64,000 nucleotides of DNA from Alphaproteobacteria bacterium (GTDB lineage: Bacteria; Pseudomonadota; Alphaproteobacteria; GCA-2731375). The DNA lies in contig CBDDBZ010000037.1 of the NCBI GenBank assembly GCA_965225945.1, positions 96,001 to 160,000 on the forward strand. Reading direction: 5' to 3'. The stretch's first letter is position 1, and each line of letters opens with the position of its first letter. The notes beneath the pieces were generated by a model. It was not told the DNA's origin, made no database searches, and was given only the letters and a program-made list of their open reading frames with translations. Made by a program: the position numbers and the translations under genes. Below are positions 38,912 through 48,582 of the stretch, one piece after another.

Positions 38912-39244
38912 TTATGTCGCCACCACGTTCACCGTGCCGCGTCCGCTTTTCTCTCGGCGGCGAATAACAATATCCACATCACGGTCAAAAGCCGTCAGGA
39001 AACCTATAAGACGTGCAACGGAGTACTCGCGGAAGTGCCCCCGGAGCATCCGCGAAACTTCCGGCTGAGTGATACCCATTAAGGTGCCAGCCTTCGTTTG
39101 GATCAGTTTACGGTCTTTCATAATGCGGTTGATTTCAGCCACGATTTGTGCTTTGATAAAATGCTCTTTCGCTCCAGATAGGCCCAAGTCCTGAAAGACG
39201 TTTCCAGTGCCTTTACGTGCCGTTTGTGTTTTTGTTGCGGACAT
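38912..39244 (-). CDS. XRE/HTH antitoxin (HigA-like)
   Basis: GNVFQDLG, LIQTKAGTLMGITQPEVSRM, YSVARL. Confidence 0.88.
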   Translation of the reverse strand: MSATKTQTARKGTGNVFQDLGLSGAKEHFIKAQIVAEINRIMKDRKLIQTKAGTLMGITQPEVSRMLRGHFREYSVARLIGFLTAFDRDVDIVIRRREKSGRGTVNVVAT

Positions 39245-39248
39245 GACC

Positions 39249-39620
39249 TTAGCCCTTCTTCTTTCGTCGTTCGTAGTCTTTCTCGGCGTCTTTCAAACGT
39301 TGCTTAATCAAATCCACTTCCTTTTTCGGGGTAGCTATCCCCTTCCTTGCCTTCTTCTGGAAGGCGTGAAGCATATATACCACTTCTGCGAAGCGTACCG
39401 TGTATATTGTCCGGTAGGTGTCACCGCTGTAGTTGTCCGCCACTTGCAACACGCCAGAACCAACCCCTTTGAACGATTTGGCGGCGCCATGCTTGCTACC
39501 TGTCTGAGCGAGAAACAGAGCGTAGCCCATGACATCCCTCACGTCCGACGGAAACGCCTTCAAATCCTTGTTGCTACTACGTAACCAAACTAAATCTTTC
39601 AACGACTGTTCCCTATCCAT
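39249..39620 (-). CDS. RelE/HigB-like toxin (Gp49 type); true start may be TTG at 39602
   Basis: DLKAFP, GYAL...Q, TYRTIY, LHAFQKK, TPKKEVDLIKQRL. Confidence 0.88.
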   Translation of the reverse strand: MDREQSLKDLVWLRSSNKDLKAFPSDVRDVMGYALFLAQTGSKHGAAKSFKGVGSGVLQVADNYSGDTYRTIYTVRFAEVVYMLHAFQKKARKGIATPKKEVDLIKQRLKDAEKDYERRKKKG

Positions 39621-39649
39621 ATAATGAGTATTTACTCATAATATGTCAA
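39621..39649 (-). promoter_or_regulatory. TA promoter with palindromic operator
   Basis: TTGACA-N17-CATTAT overlapping the palindrome ATGAGTA-TT-TACTCAT (39624-39639). Confidence 0.75.
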
Positions 39650-39703
39650 CCCCTCTCGCGTGGTTCGGTGGCGCGGGTGATGCGCGCCACGCCGGCCCCG
39701 GCG

Positions 39704-39740
39704 CCTCACCGAGGTACGGCCTCAAGAGTCCTCGTAAATG
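39704..39740 (+). repeat. 37-bp imperfect direct repeat right of the TA pair
   Basis: 29/37 identical to 38839-38875. Confidence 0.7.
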
Positions 39741-39828
39741 GCGGACCTCGACTTCGTGAAATCAAGCTGTCTGTTCCCGTATCCGCCTCTCGCCTGGACA
39801 ACCCCGCCCGCGCGGCTCCGACAGCGCG

Positions 39829-40599
39829 CTAAATCGCGGTCATGCCGCCGTCGATCACCAGCTCGGCGCCGGTGACGAACGAGGCCTCGTCGCTCGCCAG
39901 GTAGAGCATGCCGTTGGCGATGTCCTCGGCGACGCCGAGCCGGCCCATCGGCGTCTTGCGCAAAAGCTCTTCGCGGAGCTCGGGATCGGCGAAGCGGGTC
40001 TCCGTCAACGGCGTGTCGGCGTAGCCCGGATGCACCGAATTGATCCGGATCCCCTCCTTGGCATATTGCAGCGCCGCCGACTTGGTGAACAGGCGGATCG
40101 CCCCCTTGGCGGCGGAATAGGCCGGCGTGGTGGGACTGCCGACGATGCCCATCACCGAGGAGGTGTTGACGATGGAGCCGCCGCCGCGCGCGCGCATCGC
40201 CGCAATCGCGTGCTTGGTGCCGAGGAAGACGCCCTTGGCATGGACCGCCATCTCGCGGTCCCAGATCTCCTCCGCCATCTCCTCGACCATCATCGGATAG
40301 GCGGCGCCGGCGTTGTTGATCAAAATGTCGAGCCCGCCGAAGGTTTCCACCGTATAGCCGACCGCGCGAACCCAGTCGGCCTCGACGGTGACGTCGAGAT
40401 GGAGGTAGCGGGCCTCCTTGCCGGCGTCGCGCATGATCTGGACCGCGCGCGCGCCCAATTCGTCGCGAATGTCGCTCAGCACCACCTTGGCGCCCTCGCG
40501 CAGGAAAATATGCGCCGCCTGGCCGCCGAAGCCCATCAACTCGCCCTCGATCGCCGCCGCCGCGCCGGTGATCAACGCCACCTTGTCCTTCAAACGCAT
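39829..40599 (-). CDS. short-chain dehydrogenase/reductase
   Basis: ALITGAA, NNAG, YSAAK, SVHPG, IDGG. Confidence 0.9.
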   Translation of the reverse strand: MRLKDKVALITGAAAAIEGELMGFGGQAAHIFLREGAKVVLSDIRDELGARAVQIMRDAGKEARYLHLDVTVEADWVRAVGYTVETFGGLDILINNAGAAYPMMVEEMAEEIWDREMAVHAKGVFLGTKHAIAAMRARGGGSIVNTSSVMGIVGSPTTPAYSAAKGAIRLFTKSAALQYAKEGIRINSVHPGYADTPLTETRFADPELREELLRKTPMGRLGVAEDIANGMLYLASDEASFVTGAELVIDGGMTAI

Positions 40600-40692
40600 G
40601 GTTCTCCCTCCTTCTCGATACCCGCGCCCATCCTACAGCGTCGTCCGCGCCCACGGAATCGCCGAGCCTTCCTCGCCCGTCGCGCCGGCGCG

Positions 40693-40923
40693 CGTCATCG
40701 CGAGTGAGGGAAACGAGCGTGGCGATCCAGCGGGCGCCGATGCCTCGCAATTTCGTCGACGCAACGGACGCCGCCCTCGGGAAGATAAGGGGACGCAATA
40801 CTTAACCTCACGAAGATAGATATAGCGTCCCTTTATCCTTGGTCGACGCGTGGGGCGCGGCCCTGGATCGCCACGCTTCGCTCTCGATGACGGTCGTGAC
40901 GCGCTCGGCGCCTCGCGACGACG
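40693..40923. repeat. REP-like palindromic element, copy 2, with a nested hairpin insert
   Basis: paralog of 20512-20654; inner IR 40784-96/40825-37. Confidence 0.78.
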
Positions 40924-41044
40924 GCGACGTGCCGGCGGTTCCCCATGATCGACGGCTAGCGCTCCGGCGAAACCGGTTTGCATCGCCATCGGCCTCGACC
41001 CAATATGCGCACCGCCGAGGAATCGGGGGAAGGGGAGCGGGGGA

Positions 41045-41932
41045 ATGAGCGCGCGAGAGCTGCAGGAGTTGATCGAATTGCTGACCCGCCGGCCGATGCC
41101 GGAGAATCCGAGCGTGGAATTAATGCGGGAGCGCTTCGAGAAGCTGGGCGCGCTGCTGCCGGCGCCCGACGAGGCAGCTGTCGAGCCGGTGATCGCGGGC
41201 GGCGTCGCGGCCGAGTTCGTCTCGGCGCCCGGGGCCGAGGACGGCGTGATCCTCCTGCTCCACGGCGGCGGCTACGTCCTCGGCTCGCTCGCCACGCACC
41301 GCAATTTCGCTTATGGCCTTTCGCGGGCCTCGGGCGCGGCCACGCTGGTATTGGATTACCGCCTGGCGCCGGAGCACCGCTTTCCCGCCGCCGTCGACGA
41401 CGCGGTCGCGGGCTATGAATTCTTGCTCGGGCGGGGGAGCGAGCCGGGAAAAATCGCGCTGGTGGGGGATTCCGCGGGCGGCGGCCTGGTGGTCGCGGCC
41501 CTGGTCGCGATCCGGGAGCGCGGCTTGGCGATGCCGGCGGCCGGCGTGGCGATCTCGCCCTGGATCGACCTGGAGGCGGAGGGCGAGTCGATGACCGGCA
41601 AGGCCGACGCCGACCCGCTGGTCGAGCGTCGGCGTCTGCTGGAAATGGCCGACCATTACCTGGGCGGCGCGGATCCCCGAAGCCCGCTGGCGGCCCCGCT
41701 CTACGCCGATCTCTCCGGCCTGCCGCCGTTGCTGATCCAGGTCGGCACGGCGGAAACCCTGCTCTCGGACGCAACCCGGCTCGCCGCGCGGGCGGAGGCG
41801 GCCGGCGTCGAGACGACACTCGAGGTCGCGCCCGACATGATCCACGTCTGGCACCTCTTCGCGCCGATGCTGACCGAGGGGCGCGAGGCGATTGTGCGCG
41901 CCGGCGCCTTCATCCGCGAACGGCTGGCTTGA
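41045..41932 (+). CDS. HSL-family esterase
   Basis: HGGGY, DYRLAPE, GDSAGG, HVW. Confidence 0.92.
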   Translation: MSARELQELIELLTRRPMPENPSVELMRERFEKLGALLPAPDEAAVEPVIAGGVAAEFVSAPGAEDGVILLLHGGGYVLGSLATHRNFAYGLSRASGAATLVLDYRLAPEHRFPAAVDDAVAGYEFLLGRGSEPGKIALVGDSAGGGLVVAALVAIRERGLAMPAAGVAISPWIDLEAEGESMTGKADADPLVERRRLLEMADHYLGGADPRSPLAAPLYADLSGLPPLLIQVGTAETLLSDATRLAARAEAAGVETTLEVAPDMIHVWHLFAPMLTEGREAIVRAGAFIRERLA

Positions 41933-41963
41933 CCGGCGGTCTGGTCGAGCGAGGCGAGCGAGG

Positions 41964-42776
41964 ATGGCGGCCGGCGTCGCCCTGATCGCGCTCCTCGCCG
42001 AAGTATCGCGGAGGCTCCGCCCCGCCACGGGAACGCGACGGCTCGTCCTGGCCGCGGCCACATCGGTCCAGGATTCGGGGCTTCTGCCGCATCTCTTGCC
42101 GCAACTCCAGGCGGCGAGGGGAATCGAGGTCCGGGTCGTCGCGGTCGGCACCGGCGCGGCGCTTCGACTGGCGCGTGACGGCGAGGCCGACCTGGTGATC
42201 GGCCATCACCCGGCCTCGGAGCAAGCCTTGGTCGCCGCCGGCGACGGTATCTGCCGTCACTACCTGATGCACAACGACTATCTGCTGGTCGGGCCGAGCG
42301 GCGATCCGGCCGAAATCGCCGGCGCGCGTGATGCCCTCGAGGCGCTTCGCCGGATCGCCCAGGCACGCGGCCCCTTCATCTCGCGCGGCGACGACGGCGC
42401 CACGCACCGCCGCGAACGGGAGCTCTGGCGCGAGGCCGCCATCGAGCCGGAGCCCGATAGCGGCGGCTGGTACCGCGATACCAGCGCCGGCATGGGCGCG
42501 ACCTTGCGCACCGCCGCCGCCATGGGTGCCTATACGCTGGTCGATCGGGGTACCTGGCTCGGATTGCGCGCCCGCCGCGATCTCATGGTGCTCCACGAGG
42601 GCGACCCGAGCTTGCGCAACGAATACGGCGTGATCCTGGTCGATCCGGCCCGCCACCCCCATGTCGAGGCGGAACGTGGCCAGGCCTTTATCGACTGGCT
42701 GCTGTCTGACGAGGGTCGGGGGGCGATCCGCGGATTTGCCGTCGACGGTCAGGTGCTGTTTCATGTCGATCGGTAG
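41964..42776 (+). CDS. TupA-like tungstate ABC substrate-binding protein (orphan); start uncertain
   Basis: DSGLL, AVGTGAAL, MHND, GDPA, FISRGD, DRGTW. Confidence 0.75.
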   Translation: MAAGVALIALLAEVSRRLRPATGTRRLVLAAATSVQDSGLLPHLLPQLQAARGIEVRVVAVGTGAALRLARDGEADLVIGHHPASEQALVAAGDGICRHYLMHNDYLLVGPSGDPAEIAGARDALEALRRIAQARGPFISRGDDGATHRRERELWREAAIEPEPDSGGWYRDTSAGMGATLRTAAAMGAYTLVDRGTWLGLRARRDLMVLHEGDPSLRNEYGVILVDPARHPHVEAERGQAFIDWLLSDEGRGAIRGFAVDGQVLFHVDR

Positions 42777-42801
42777 GCGGCGGCGAGGGAGGGACGGCGC
42801 G

Positions 42802-44019
42802 ATGACGACCGGCACAATCGACGAACGGACGACCCTGGGGACGGCGCCGGCCGGGATACCGGACGAGGTCTTGGCCGAGTTCGCGCAGGAATCCGGCACG
42901 GTCTATCTCGATACCTGCTCGCGGGGACTGCTGCCGCGCTCGGCCCGCGAGGCCGTCGTCGCGCATCTCGACCGGCGGGTCGCGGGGAACGCCGAGAAGG
43001 CAGCCCTGTTCGACGCCCTCGAAGGCGCCAGGGCCGATTTCGCAGGCCTGATCGGCGCCACGGCGGACGAGATCGCGATCACCAAGAACGTTTCCGACGG
43101 GCTCTCGATGATCGCCGGCGCGCTCCCCTGGAAGGCCGGCGACAACCTCGTCGTCTGCCTCGACCTGGAGCACCCCAACAACGTTTACCCCTGGCTGAAC
43201 CTGGCGAAACGCGTCGGTATCGAGGTCCGCGCGGTGGCCCAGCGCGACGGCCATATCGACGCGGAAGCGCTGGCCGACGGAATCGACGATAGGACACGGC
43301 TCGCCACCGTCTCCACCGTCACCTTTTCGCCCGGCTTCCGCACCGACCTCGCGCCCCTCGGCGAAGTCTGTCGGGCCCGGGGCGTACCAATCCTCGCCGA
43401 CGGCGTGCAGTCGGTCGGCATTCTCGACACCGACGTCGATTCGCTAGGCATCGACGCCATGGCCGTCTCCACCCAGAAGGGGCTGCTCGGGCTCTACGGC
43501 TTCGGCTTTCTTTACTGCCGCCGAGAATGGGCGGAGAGCTTGCGACCGCAATCGCTGGCCCGCTTCGGCGTCGATCTCGGGGCTGCCCACGAGGCGACCA
43601 CGGAGGCCGAGGCCTGGCGCTTGATGCCCGGCGCGCGGCGCTTCGACGTCGGCAACTACAACTACGCGGGCGCGATCGTCGCCGGCGTCTCGCTGAAGCT
43701 GCTGCTCGGCGTCGGCACCGAGCGAATCGAGGCCCACGTCGGCCGGCTCGCGCATCGCCTGGCCTCGGGCCTGCTGCAGCTCGGACTGCCGGTGGTCGGC
43801 GGCCCACCGGGCCCGCACCTCGCCTCCATCGTCAGCCTCGGCACGCCCGGCGGCGGCCACGACAGCAGCGACGATCCCCTGGTGACGCGGCTTTACGAGC
43901 GGCTGAGCGCCGCCGGCGTTAAGCTCACCATCCGGCGCGGCACGCTCCGCATGGCGCTCCATCTCTACAACACGGACGACGACATCGACCGCGTCCTGGA
44001 GCTCGTCGCCGACGGCTGA
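42802..44019 (+). CDS. class V PLP aminotransferase/cysteine desulfurase-like protein
   Basis: YLDT, EHPNN, DGVQS, STQKGLLG, HLYNT. Confidence 0.85.
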   Translation: MTTGTIDERTTLGTAPAGIPDEVLAEFAQESGTVYLDTCSRGLLPRSAREAVVAHLDRRVAGNAEKAALFDALEGARADFAGLIGATADEIAITKNVSDGLSMIAGALPWKAGDNLVVCLDLEHPNNVYPWLNLAKRVGIEVRAVAQRDGHIDAEALADGIDDRTRLATVSTVTFSPGFRTDLAPLGEVCRARGVPILADGVQSVGILDTDVDSLGIDAMAVSTQKGLLGLYGFGFLYCRREWAESLRPQSLARFGVDLGAAHEATTEAEAWRLMPGARRFDVGNYNYAGAIVAGVSLKLLLGVGTERIEAHVGRLAHRLASGLLQLGLPVVGGPPGPHLASIVSLGTPGGGHDSSDDPLVTRLYERLSAAGVKLTIRRGTLRMALHLYNTDDDIDRVLELVADG

Positions 44020-44142
44020 TCCGCCTCGATCCGGAAAACGAATAGCGCGGCGAAGCCATGGGACTGTTCCCGATCGAGGCGAAACCAAGCGGGAACATTT
44101 TGTTCTTGATCCCGAGGTCTCGCCGTGATTCCCTGGGGAATC

Positions 44143-44454
44143 ATGGAGTTGTGGCTCGCCATACGTCGCCGGGGACGGGCCTCGATCGCCCCGGCCGTGC
44201 TGCTATTGCTTACCGCCTACTTCGCCTATCACACGGTGCAAGGGCAGCGGGGCCTCATCGCCTATGCCCGGCTGTCGCTCGAGGTCGAGCGGGCCGAGGC
44301 CGAGCTCAGGACGGTGGCCGCGGATAAGCGCGCCATCGAGGCGCGGGTGGCGCTGCTGCATCCCGATCACATCGAACCGGACATGCTGGACGAGCAGACC
44401 CGGCGGATTCTGGGCCTGGCGCACCCCGACGAGGTGGTGATCTACCTCGATTGA
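44143..44454 (+). CDS. ftsB: septum formation initiator FtsB/DivIC
   Basis: TM helix YFAYH..GQRGL, coiled coil, DMLDEQTRRILG; upstream of pdhA. Confidence 0.82.
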   Translation: MELWLAIRRRGRASIAPAVLLLLTAYFAYHTVQGQRGLIAYARLSLEVERAEAELRTVAADKRAIEARVALLHPDHIEPDMLDEQTRRILGLAHPDEVVIYLD

Positions 44455-44796
44455 GCGGGACCGGCTGGCTTCACGATTCCGCGATAGGGATTTGACGGCT
44501 TCGACCATGGGGCCAGGGGAAACGCCGTAAGTGCTTACCCTGGCATCGGGAATCGCGATGCCAATGCGACCCCTGGCCGGGCTTATTTAACCAAATTCGA
44601 GTTAATCAAAATAATCCATTGAAATTACGATATTTTCCTCCCTTGATTCGTTGCCGCGTTGGGGGGAGGATAGGGGTCTGGCGCGCTGGTTTCCCCGCAC
44701 GTGCCGCCGGGGCAGGCGCCGGAGAGCGTGCCGGAGCGAGTCTTGCATGGGCATCGATCGGAGCGGCTTCTTGGAAGCGCCTAATTCGGGGGAGTG

Positions 44797-45807
44797 ATGG
44801 CCAAAACCCGGCGAAAACGCAAGCTCGAGGAACCGGGGCCGGTTCCCGAGACCGAGAAACTGCTCGAATACTACCATGCCATGCTGCTCATCCGCCGCTT
44901 CGAGGAGAAGGCGGGGCAGCTTTACGGCATGGGCCTGATCGGCGGCTTTTGCCATCTCTACATCGGCCAGGAAGCCGTCGTCGTCGGCATGCAAGCGGCG
45001 ATCGGCGAGGGCGACGCCGTCATCACCAGCTACCGCGATCATGGCCATATGCTGGCCAGCGGCATGGAGCCGAAGGGCGTGATGGCCGAGCTCACCGGGC
45101 GCGCCGGCGGCTATTCCAAGGGCAAGGGCGGCTCGATGCACATGTTCAGCCGGGAGAAGAGCTTCTTCGGCGGGCACGGCATCGTCGGCGCCCAGGTGCC
45201 GATCGGCACCGGCATCGCCTTCGGCCTGAAGTACCGCGAGACCGACCGGGTCTGCCTGTGCTATTTCGGCGACGGCTCGGCCAACCAGGGCCAAGTCTTC
45301 GAATCCTTCAACATGGCGGAGCTCTGGAAGCTCCCCGTCGTCTACGTCATCGAAAACAACCAGTACGCCATGGGCACCTCGGTGCAGCGCTCCTCGGCGC
45401 AGCCCGATCTCTATCGCCGCGGCGAGAGCTTCGCCATTCCGGGCGAGCAGGTCGACGGCATGGACGTGCTGGCGGTCAAGGCCGCGGGCGAAGCGGCCGT
45501 GGCCTGGGCCCGCGCCGGCCGGGGGCCGATCATCCTGGAAATGAAGACCTACCGCTATCGCGGCCACTCGATGTCCGATCCGGCCAAGTATCGGAGCCGG
45601 GAGGAGGTCCAGCGGATCCGCAGCGAGCGCGATCCGATCGACCGCATGCGCGAATTTCTGATCGCCGGCGATCACGCCGGGGAGGCGGCGCTGAAGGAGA
45701 TCGATCGCGAGATCAAGAAAACCGTGACGGCGGCGGCGGAATTTGCCCAGAGCAGCCCGGAGCCGCTGGTCGAAGAGCTCTACACCGACGTATTGGTGAG
45801 CGCTTAG
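44797..45807 (+). CDS. pdhA: pyruvate dehydrogenase E1 alpha
   Basis: GFCHLYIGQE, GGSMH, GDGSANQG, YRGHSMSD. Confidence 0.96.
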   Translation: MAKTRRKRKLEEPGPVPETEKLLEYYHAMLLIRRFEEKAGQLYGMGLIGGFCHLYIGQEAVVVGMQAAIGEGDAVITSYRDHGHMLASGMEPKGVMAELTGRAGGYSKGKGGSMHMFSREKSFFGGHGIVGAQVPIGTGIAFGLKYRETDRVCLCYFGDGSANQGQVFESFNMAELWKLPVVYVIENNQYAMGTSVQRSSAQPDLYRRGESFAIPGEQVDGMDVLAVKAAGEAAVAWARAGRGPIILEMKTYRYRGHSMSDPAKYRSREEVQRIRSERDPIDRMREFLIAGDHAGEAALKEIDREIKKTVTAAAEFAQSSPEPLVEELYTDVLVSA

Positions 45808-45845
45808 TGGATTCTATCCACTAGAGCCAAATCCGAGTCGAACTC

Positions 45846-47219
45846 ATGCCGATCACCATCACCATGCCGGCGCTGTCGCCCACCATGACCGAGGGCACGC
45901 TCGCCAGATGGCTCGTCGGCGAAGGCGATGCGGTCACCAGCGGCGACATCCTGGCCGAGATCGAGACCGACAAGGCGACCATGGAGGTCGAGGCGATCGA
46001 AGACGGCATCGTCGCCAAGCTGCTGGTGGCGGAGGGGAGCGAGGGCGTCTCGGTCAACACGCCGATCCTGATCCTGCTCCGGGACGGCGAGGACGCGGGG
46101 CAGATCGTGGTGCCGGCGCCCCCGCCCGAGGCCGCGGCGCCCGTCGCGGCAGCGCCCGCCCGCCCGGCCGCCAGCGTCGCGCCGCTCGCGCCCACCGCGC
46201 CGGCGCCGCTCGAGCCCGAGCTTCCGGCCGGCACCGAAATGCGCACGATGACGGTCAGGGAAGCCTTGCGCGACGCCATGGCGGAAGAGATGCGCCTGGA
46301 CCCGGCGGTCTTCCTGATGGGCGAGGAGGTGGCGGAATATCAAGGCGCCTACAAGGTGAGCCAGGGCCTGCTGGAGGAGTTCGGCAACGCCCGGGTAATC
46401 GACACCCCGATCACCGAGCACGGCTTCGCCGGCCTCGGCGTCGGTGCCGCCTTCAGCGGCCTGAAGCCGATCGTCGAATTTATGACCTTCAATTTCGCCA
46501 TGCAGGCGATGGACCAGATCATCAATTCCGCCGCCAAGACGCGCTATATGTCGGGTGGCCAGATGGGCGCCTCGATCGTCTTTCGCGGCCCCAACGGCGC
46601 CGCCGCCCGCGTCGCCGCGCAGCATTCGCAGTGCTATGCCTCCTGGTATGCCCATTGTCCCGGCCTGAAGGTGATCGCGCCCTTCTCGGCCGGCGACGCC
46701 AAGGGCCTCCTGAAGGCGGCGATCCGCGATCCCAATCCGGTCATCGTGCTGGAGAACGAAATCCTCTATGGCCACACCTTCGAGGTCCCGGTGCTGGCCG
46801 ATCACGTGGTGCCGATCGGCCGCGCCCGGGTCGCGCGGCCCGGTAGCGACGTCACCATCGTCGCCTTTTCGCTCTGCGTCGCCCATGCGCTCGAGGCGGC
46901 GGAACTGCTGGCGGGCGACGGCATCGACGCGGAGGTGATCGATCTCCGCTCGCTGCGCCCGCTCGACGTCGAGACCGTGGCCGCCTCGATCGCCAAGACC
47001 AATCGCTGCGTCAGCGTGGAGGAGGGCTGGCCCGCCTGCGGCATCGGCTCGGAGATCGCCGCGCAGGTCATGGAACATGCCTTCGACGATCTCGACGCGC
47101 CCCTCGCGCGGGTCACCTCCGAGGACGTGCCGCTGCCGTACGCCGCCAACCTGGAGCGCCTGGCCCTGCCGGACCCGGAGAAGGTCGCGGCGGCCGCGCG
47201 TCGGGTCTGTTATCGCTAG
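45846..47219 (+). CDS. pdhB: pyruvate dehydrogenase E1 beta with N-terminal lipoyl domain
   Basis: [23 protein letters not shown]. Confidence 0.96.
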   Translation: MPITITMPALSPTMTEGTLARWLVGEGDAVTSGDILAEIETDKATMEVEAIEDGIVAKLLVAEGSEGVSVNTPILILLRDGEDAGQIVVPAPPPEAAAPVAAAPARPAASVAPLAPTAPAPLEPELPAGTEMRTMTVREALRDAMAEEMRLDPAVFLMGEEVAEYQGAYKVSQGLLEEFGNARVIDTPITEHGFAGLGVGAAFSGLKPIVEFMTFNFAMQAMDQIINSAAKTRYMSGGQMGASIVFRGPNGAAARVAAQHSQCYASWYAHCPGLKVIAPFSAGDAKGLLKAAIRDPNPVIVLENEILYGHTFEVPVLADHVVPIGRARVARPGSDVTIVAFSLCVAHALEAAELLAGDGIDAEVIDLRSLRPLDVETVAASIAKTNRCVSVEEGWPACGIGSEIAAQVMEHAFDDLDAPLARVTSEDVPLPYAANLERLALPDPEKVAAAARRVCYR

Positions 47220-47263
47220 CGTCGACGCGCGTTGACGCGCGTCGCCTTGAGAGGGAAGCCGCC

Positions 47264-48568
47264 ATGCCGATCACCATCACCATGCCGGCGCTCTCGCCGA
47301 CCATGACCGAGGGCACGCTCGCCAAGTGGATGGTCGCCGAGGGTGACAGCGTCGCCTCGGGCGACATCATCGCCGAGATCGAGACCGACAAGGCGACCAT
47401 GGAGATCGAGGCGGTCGACGAGGGGACCGTGGCCCGGATCCTGGTGCCGGAGGGGACCGAGGGGGTCGCCGTCAACACGCCGATCGCGATCGTGCTGGAG
47501 GAAGGGGAGGACGCGGCCGCCGTCGCCGCGACGCCCGCGCCCGCCGAGGCCCCCGCGACCGCGTCCGCCGAGGCCCCCGCGCCGGCTCCCGCCGAGGCCC
47601 CCGCGCCGGCTCCGGCCGCCGCCGCGCCGTCCCAGGCGCCTTCGGCCGGCAACGGCAAGGCGCCGCCCGCGCCGCTCTCGGCCTCGGGCGAACGCATCAA
47701 GGCGAGCCCGCTCGCGCGGCGGATGGCGGCGCAGGCGGGCCTGGAGCTGACGGCGCTGGCCGGCTCGGGTCCCGGCGGCCGCATCGTCAAGGCGGACATC
47801 GAGGCGGCGCTGGCGAGGCCCCGGGCGGCCGCCGCGCCGGCTCCCACGCCGCTCGCCCCGGCGGCGGCGCAACCGTTCGAGCCGGCCTTCACGCTCGAGC
47901 CCTTGAGCCGGATGCGCAAGACCATCGCCCGGCGCTTGAGCGAATCGAAGCAGACCGTGCCGCACTTCTACCTGACCGTGGACTGCGAGCTCGACGCTCT
48001 CCTGGCGCTCCGCACAGCGCTCAACGACAAGGCCGACGGAGCCTACCGCCTCTCGCTCAACGACGTGGTGATCAAGGCGGCGGCGGTGGCCCTGAAGCGG
48101 GTGCCGGCGGCCAACGCCTCCTTCACCGAGGACGGCCTGAAACTTTACGCCTCGGCCGACATCTCGGTCGCCGTGGCGACGGAGCGGGGACTGATCACGC
48201 CGGTGGTGCGCAATGCCGGCGAGAAGGGGCTCGAGACCATATCGGGCGAGATGAAGGCGCTGGCCCAGAAGGCGCACCACGGTAAGTTGCTGCCGGAGGA
48301 CTATCTTGGCGGCAGCTTCTCGATCTCCAACCTCGGCATGTACGGCATCAAGCAGTTCGAGGCGGTGATCAACCCGCCGCAGGCCTGCATCCTGGCGGTC
48401 GGCGCCGGCGAACAGCGCGCGGTGGTGAAGGACGGCGCGCTCGCCGTGGCGACGGTGATGAGCTGCACGCTCTCCGTCGATCACCGCGCCGTCGACGGCG
48501 CTATCGGCGCCGAATATCTCGCCGCCTTCAAGCGCCTGATCGAGGATCCGGTGACGATGCTCCTGTAG
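47264..48568 (+). CDS. pdhC: dihydrolipoamide acetyltransferase E2
   Basis: ETDKA, ASPLARR, SNLGMYG, DHRAVDG. Confidence 0.96.
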   Translation: MPITITMPALSPTMTEGTLAKWMVAEGDSVASGDIIAEIETDKATMEIEAVDEGTVARILVPEGTEGVAVNTPIAIVLEEGEDAAAVAATPAPAEAPATASAEAPAPAPAEAPAPAPAAAAPSQAPSAGNGKAPPAPLSASGERIKASPLARRMAAQAGLELTALAGSGPGGRIVKADIEAALARPRAAAAPAPTPLAPAAAQPFEPAFTLEPLSRMRKTIARRLSESKQTVPHFYLTVDCELDALLALRTALNDKADGAYRLSLNDVVIKAAAVALKRVPAANASFTEDGLKLYASADISVAVATERGLITPVVRNAGEKGLETISGEMKALAQKAHHGKLLPEDYLGGSFSISNLGMYGIKQFEAVINPPQACILAVGAGEQRAVVKDGALAVATVMSCTLSVDHRAVDGAIGAEYLAAFKRLIEDPVTMLL

Positions 48569-48582
48569 AAGAGGTCCCGTCC

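Noticed and set aside
44093-44105. GAAC-N5-GTTC as a LexA box
   Set aside because: The alphaproteobacterial box is GTTC-N7-GTTC; arrangement does not fit (GTTC-N8-GTTC near 55537 also fails)
44587-44605. TTAA...TTAA as a CtrA box
   Set aside because: Spacer is 11 nt rather than 7
45805-45823. Small hairpins TAGTGGAT/ATCCACTA after pdhA and at 47223-47244 after pdhB
   Set aside because: Too short to separate from ordinary intercistronic stem-loops
45846-47640. Near-identical 5' ends of pdhB and pdhC, and Ala/Pro repeats
   Set aside because: Normal lipoyl domains and flexible linkers
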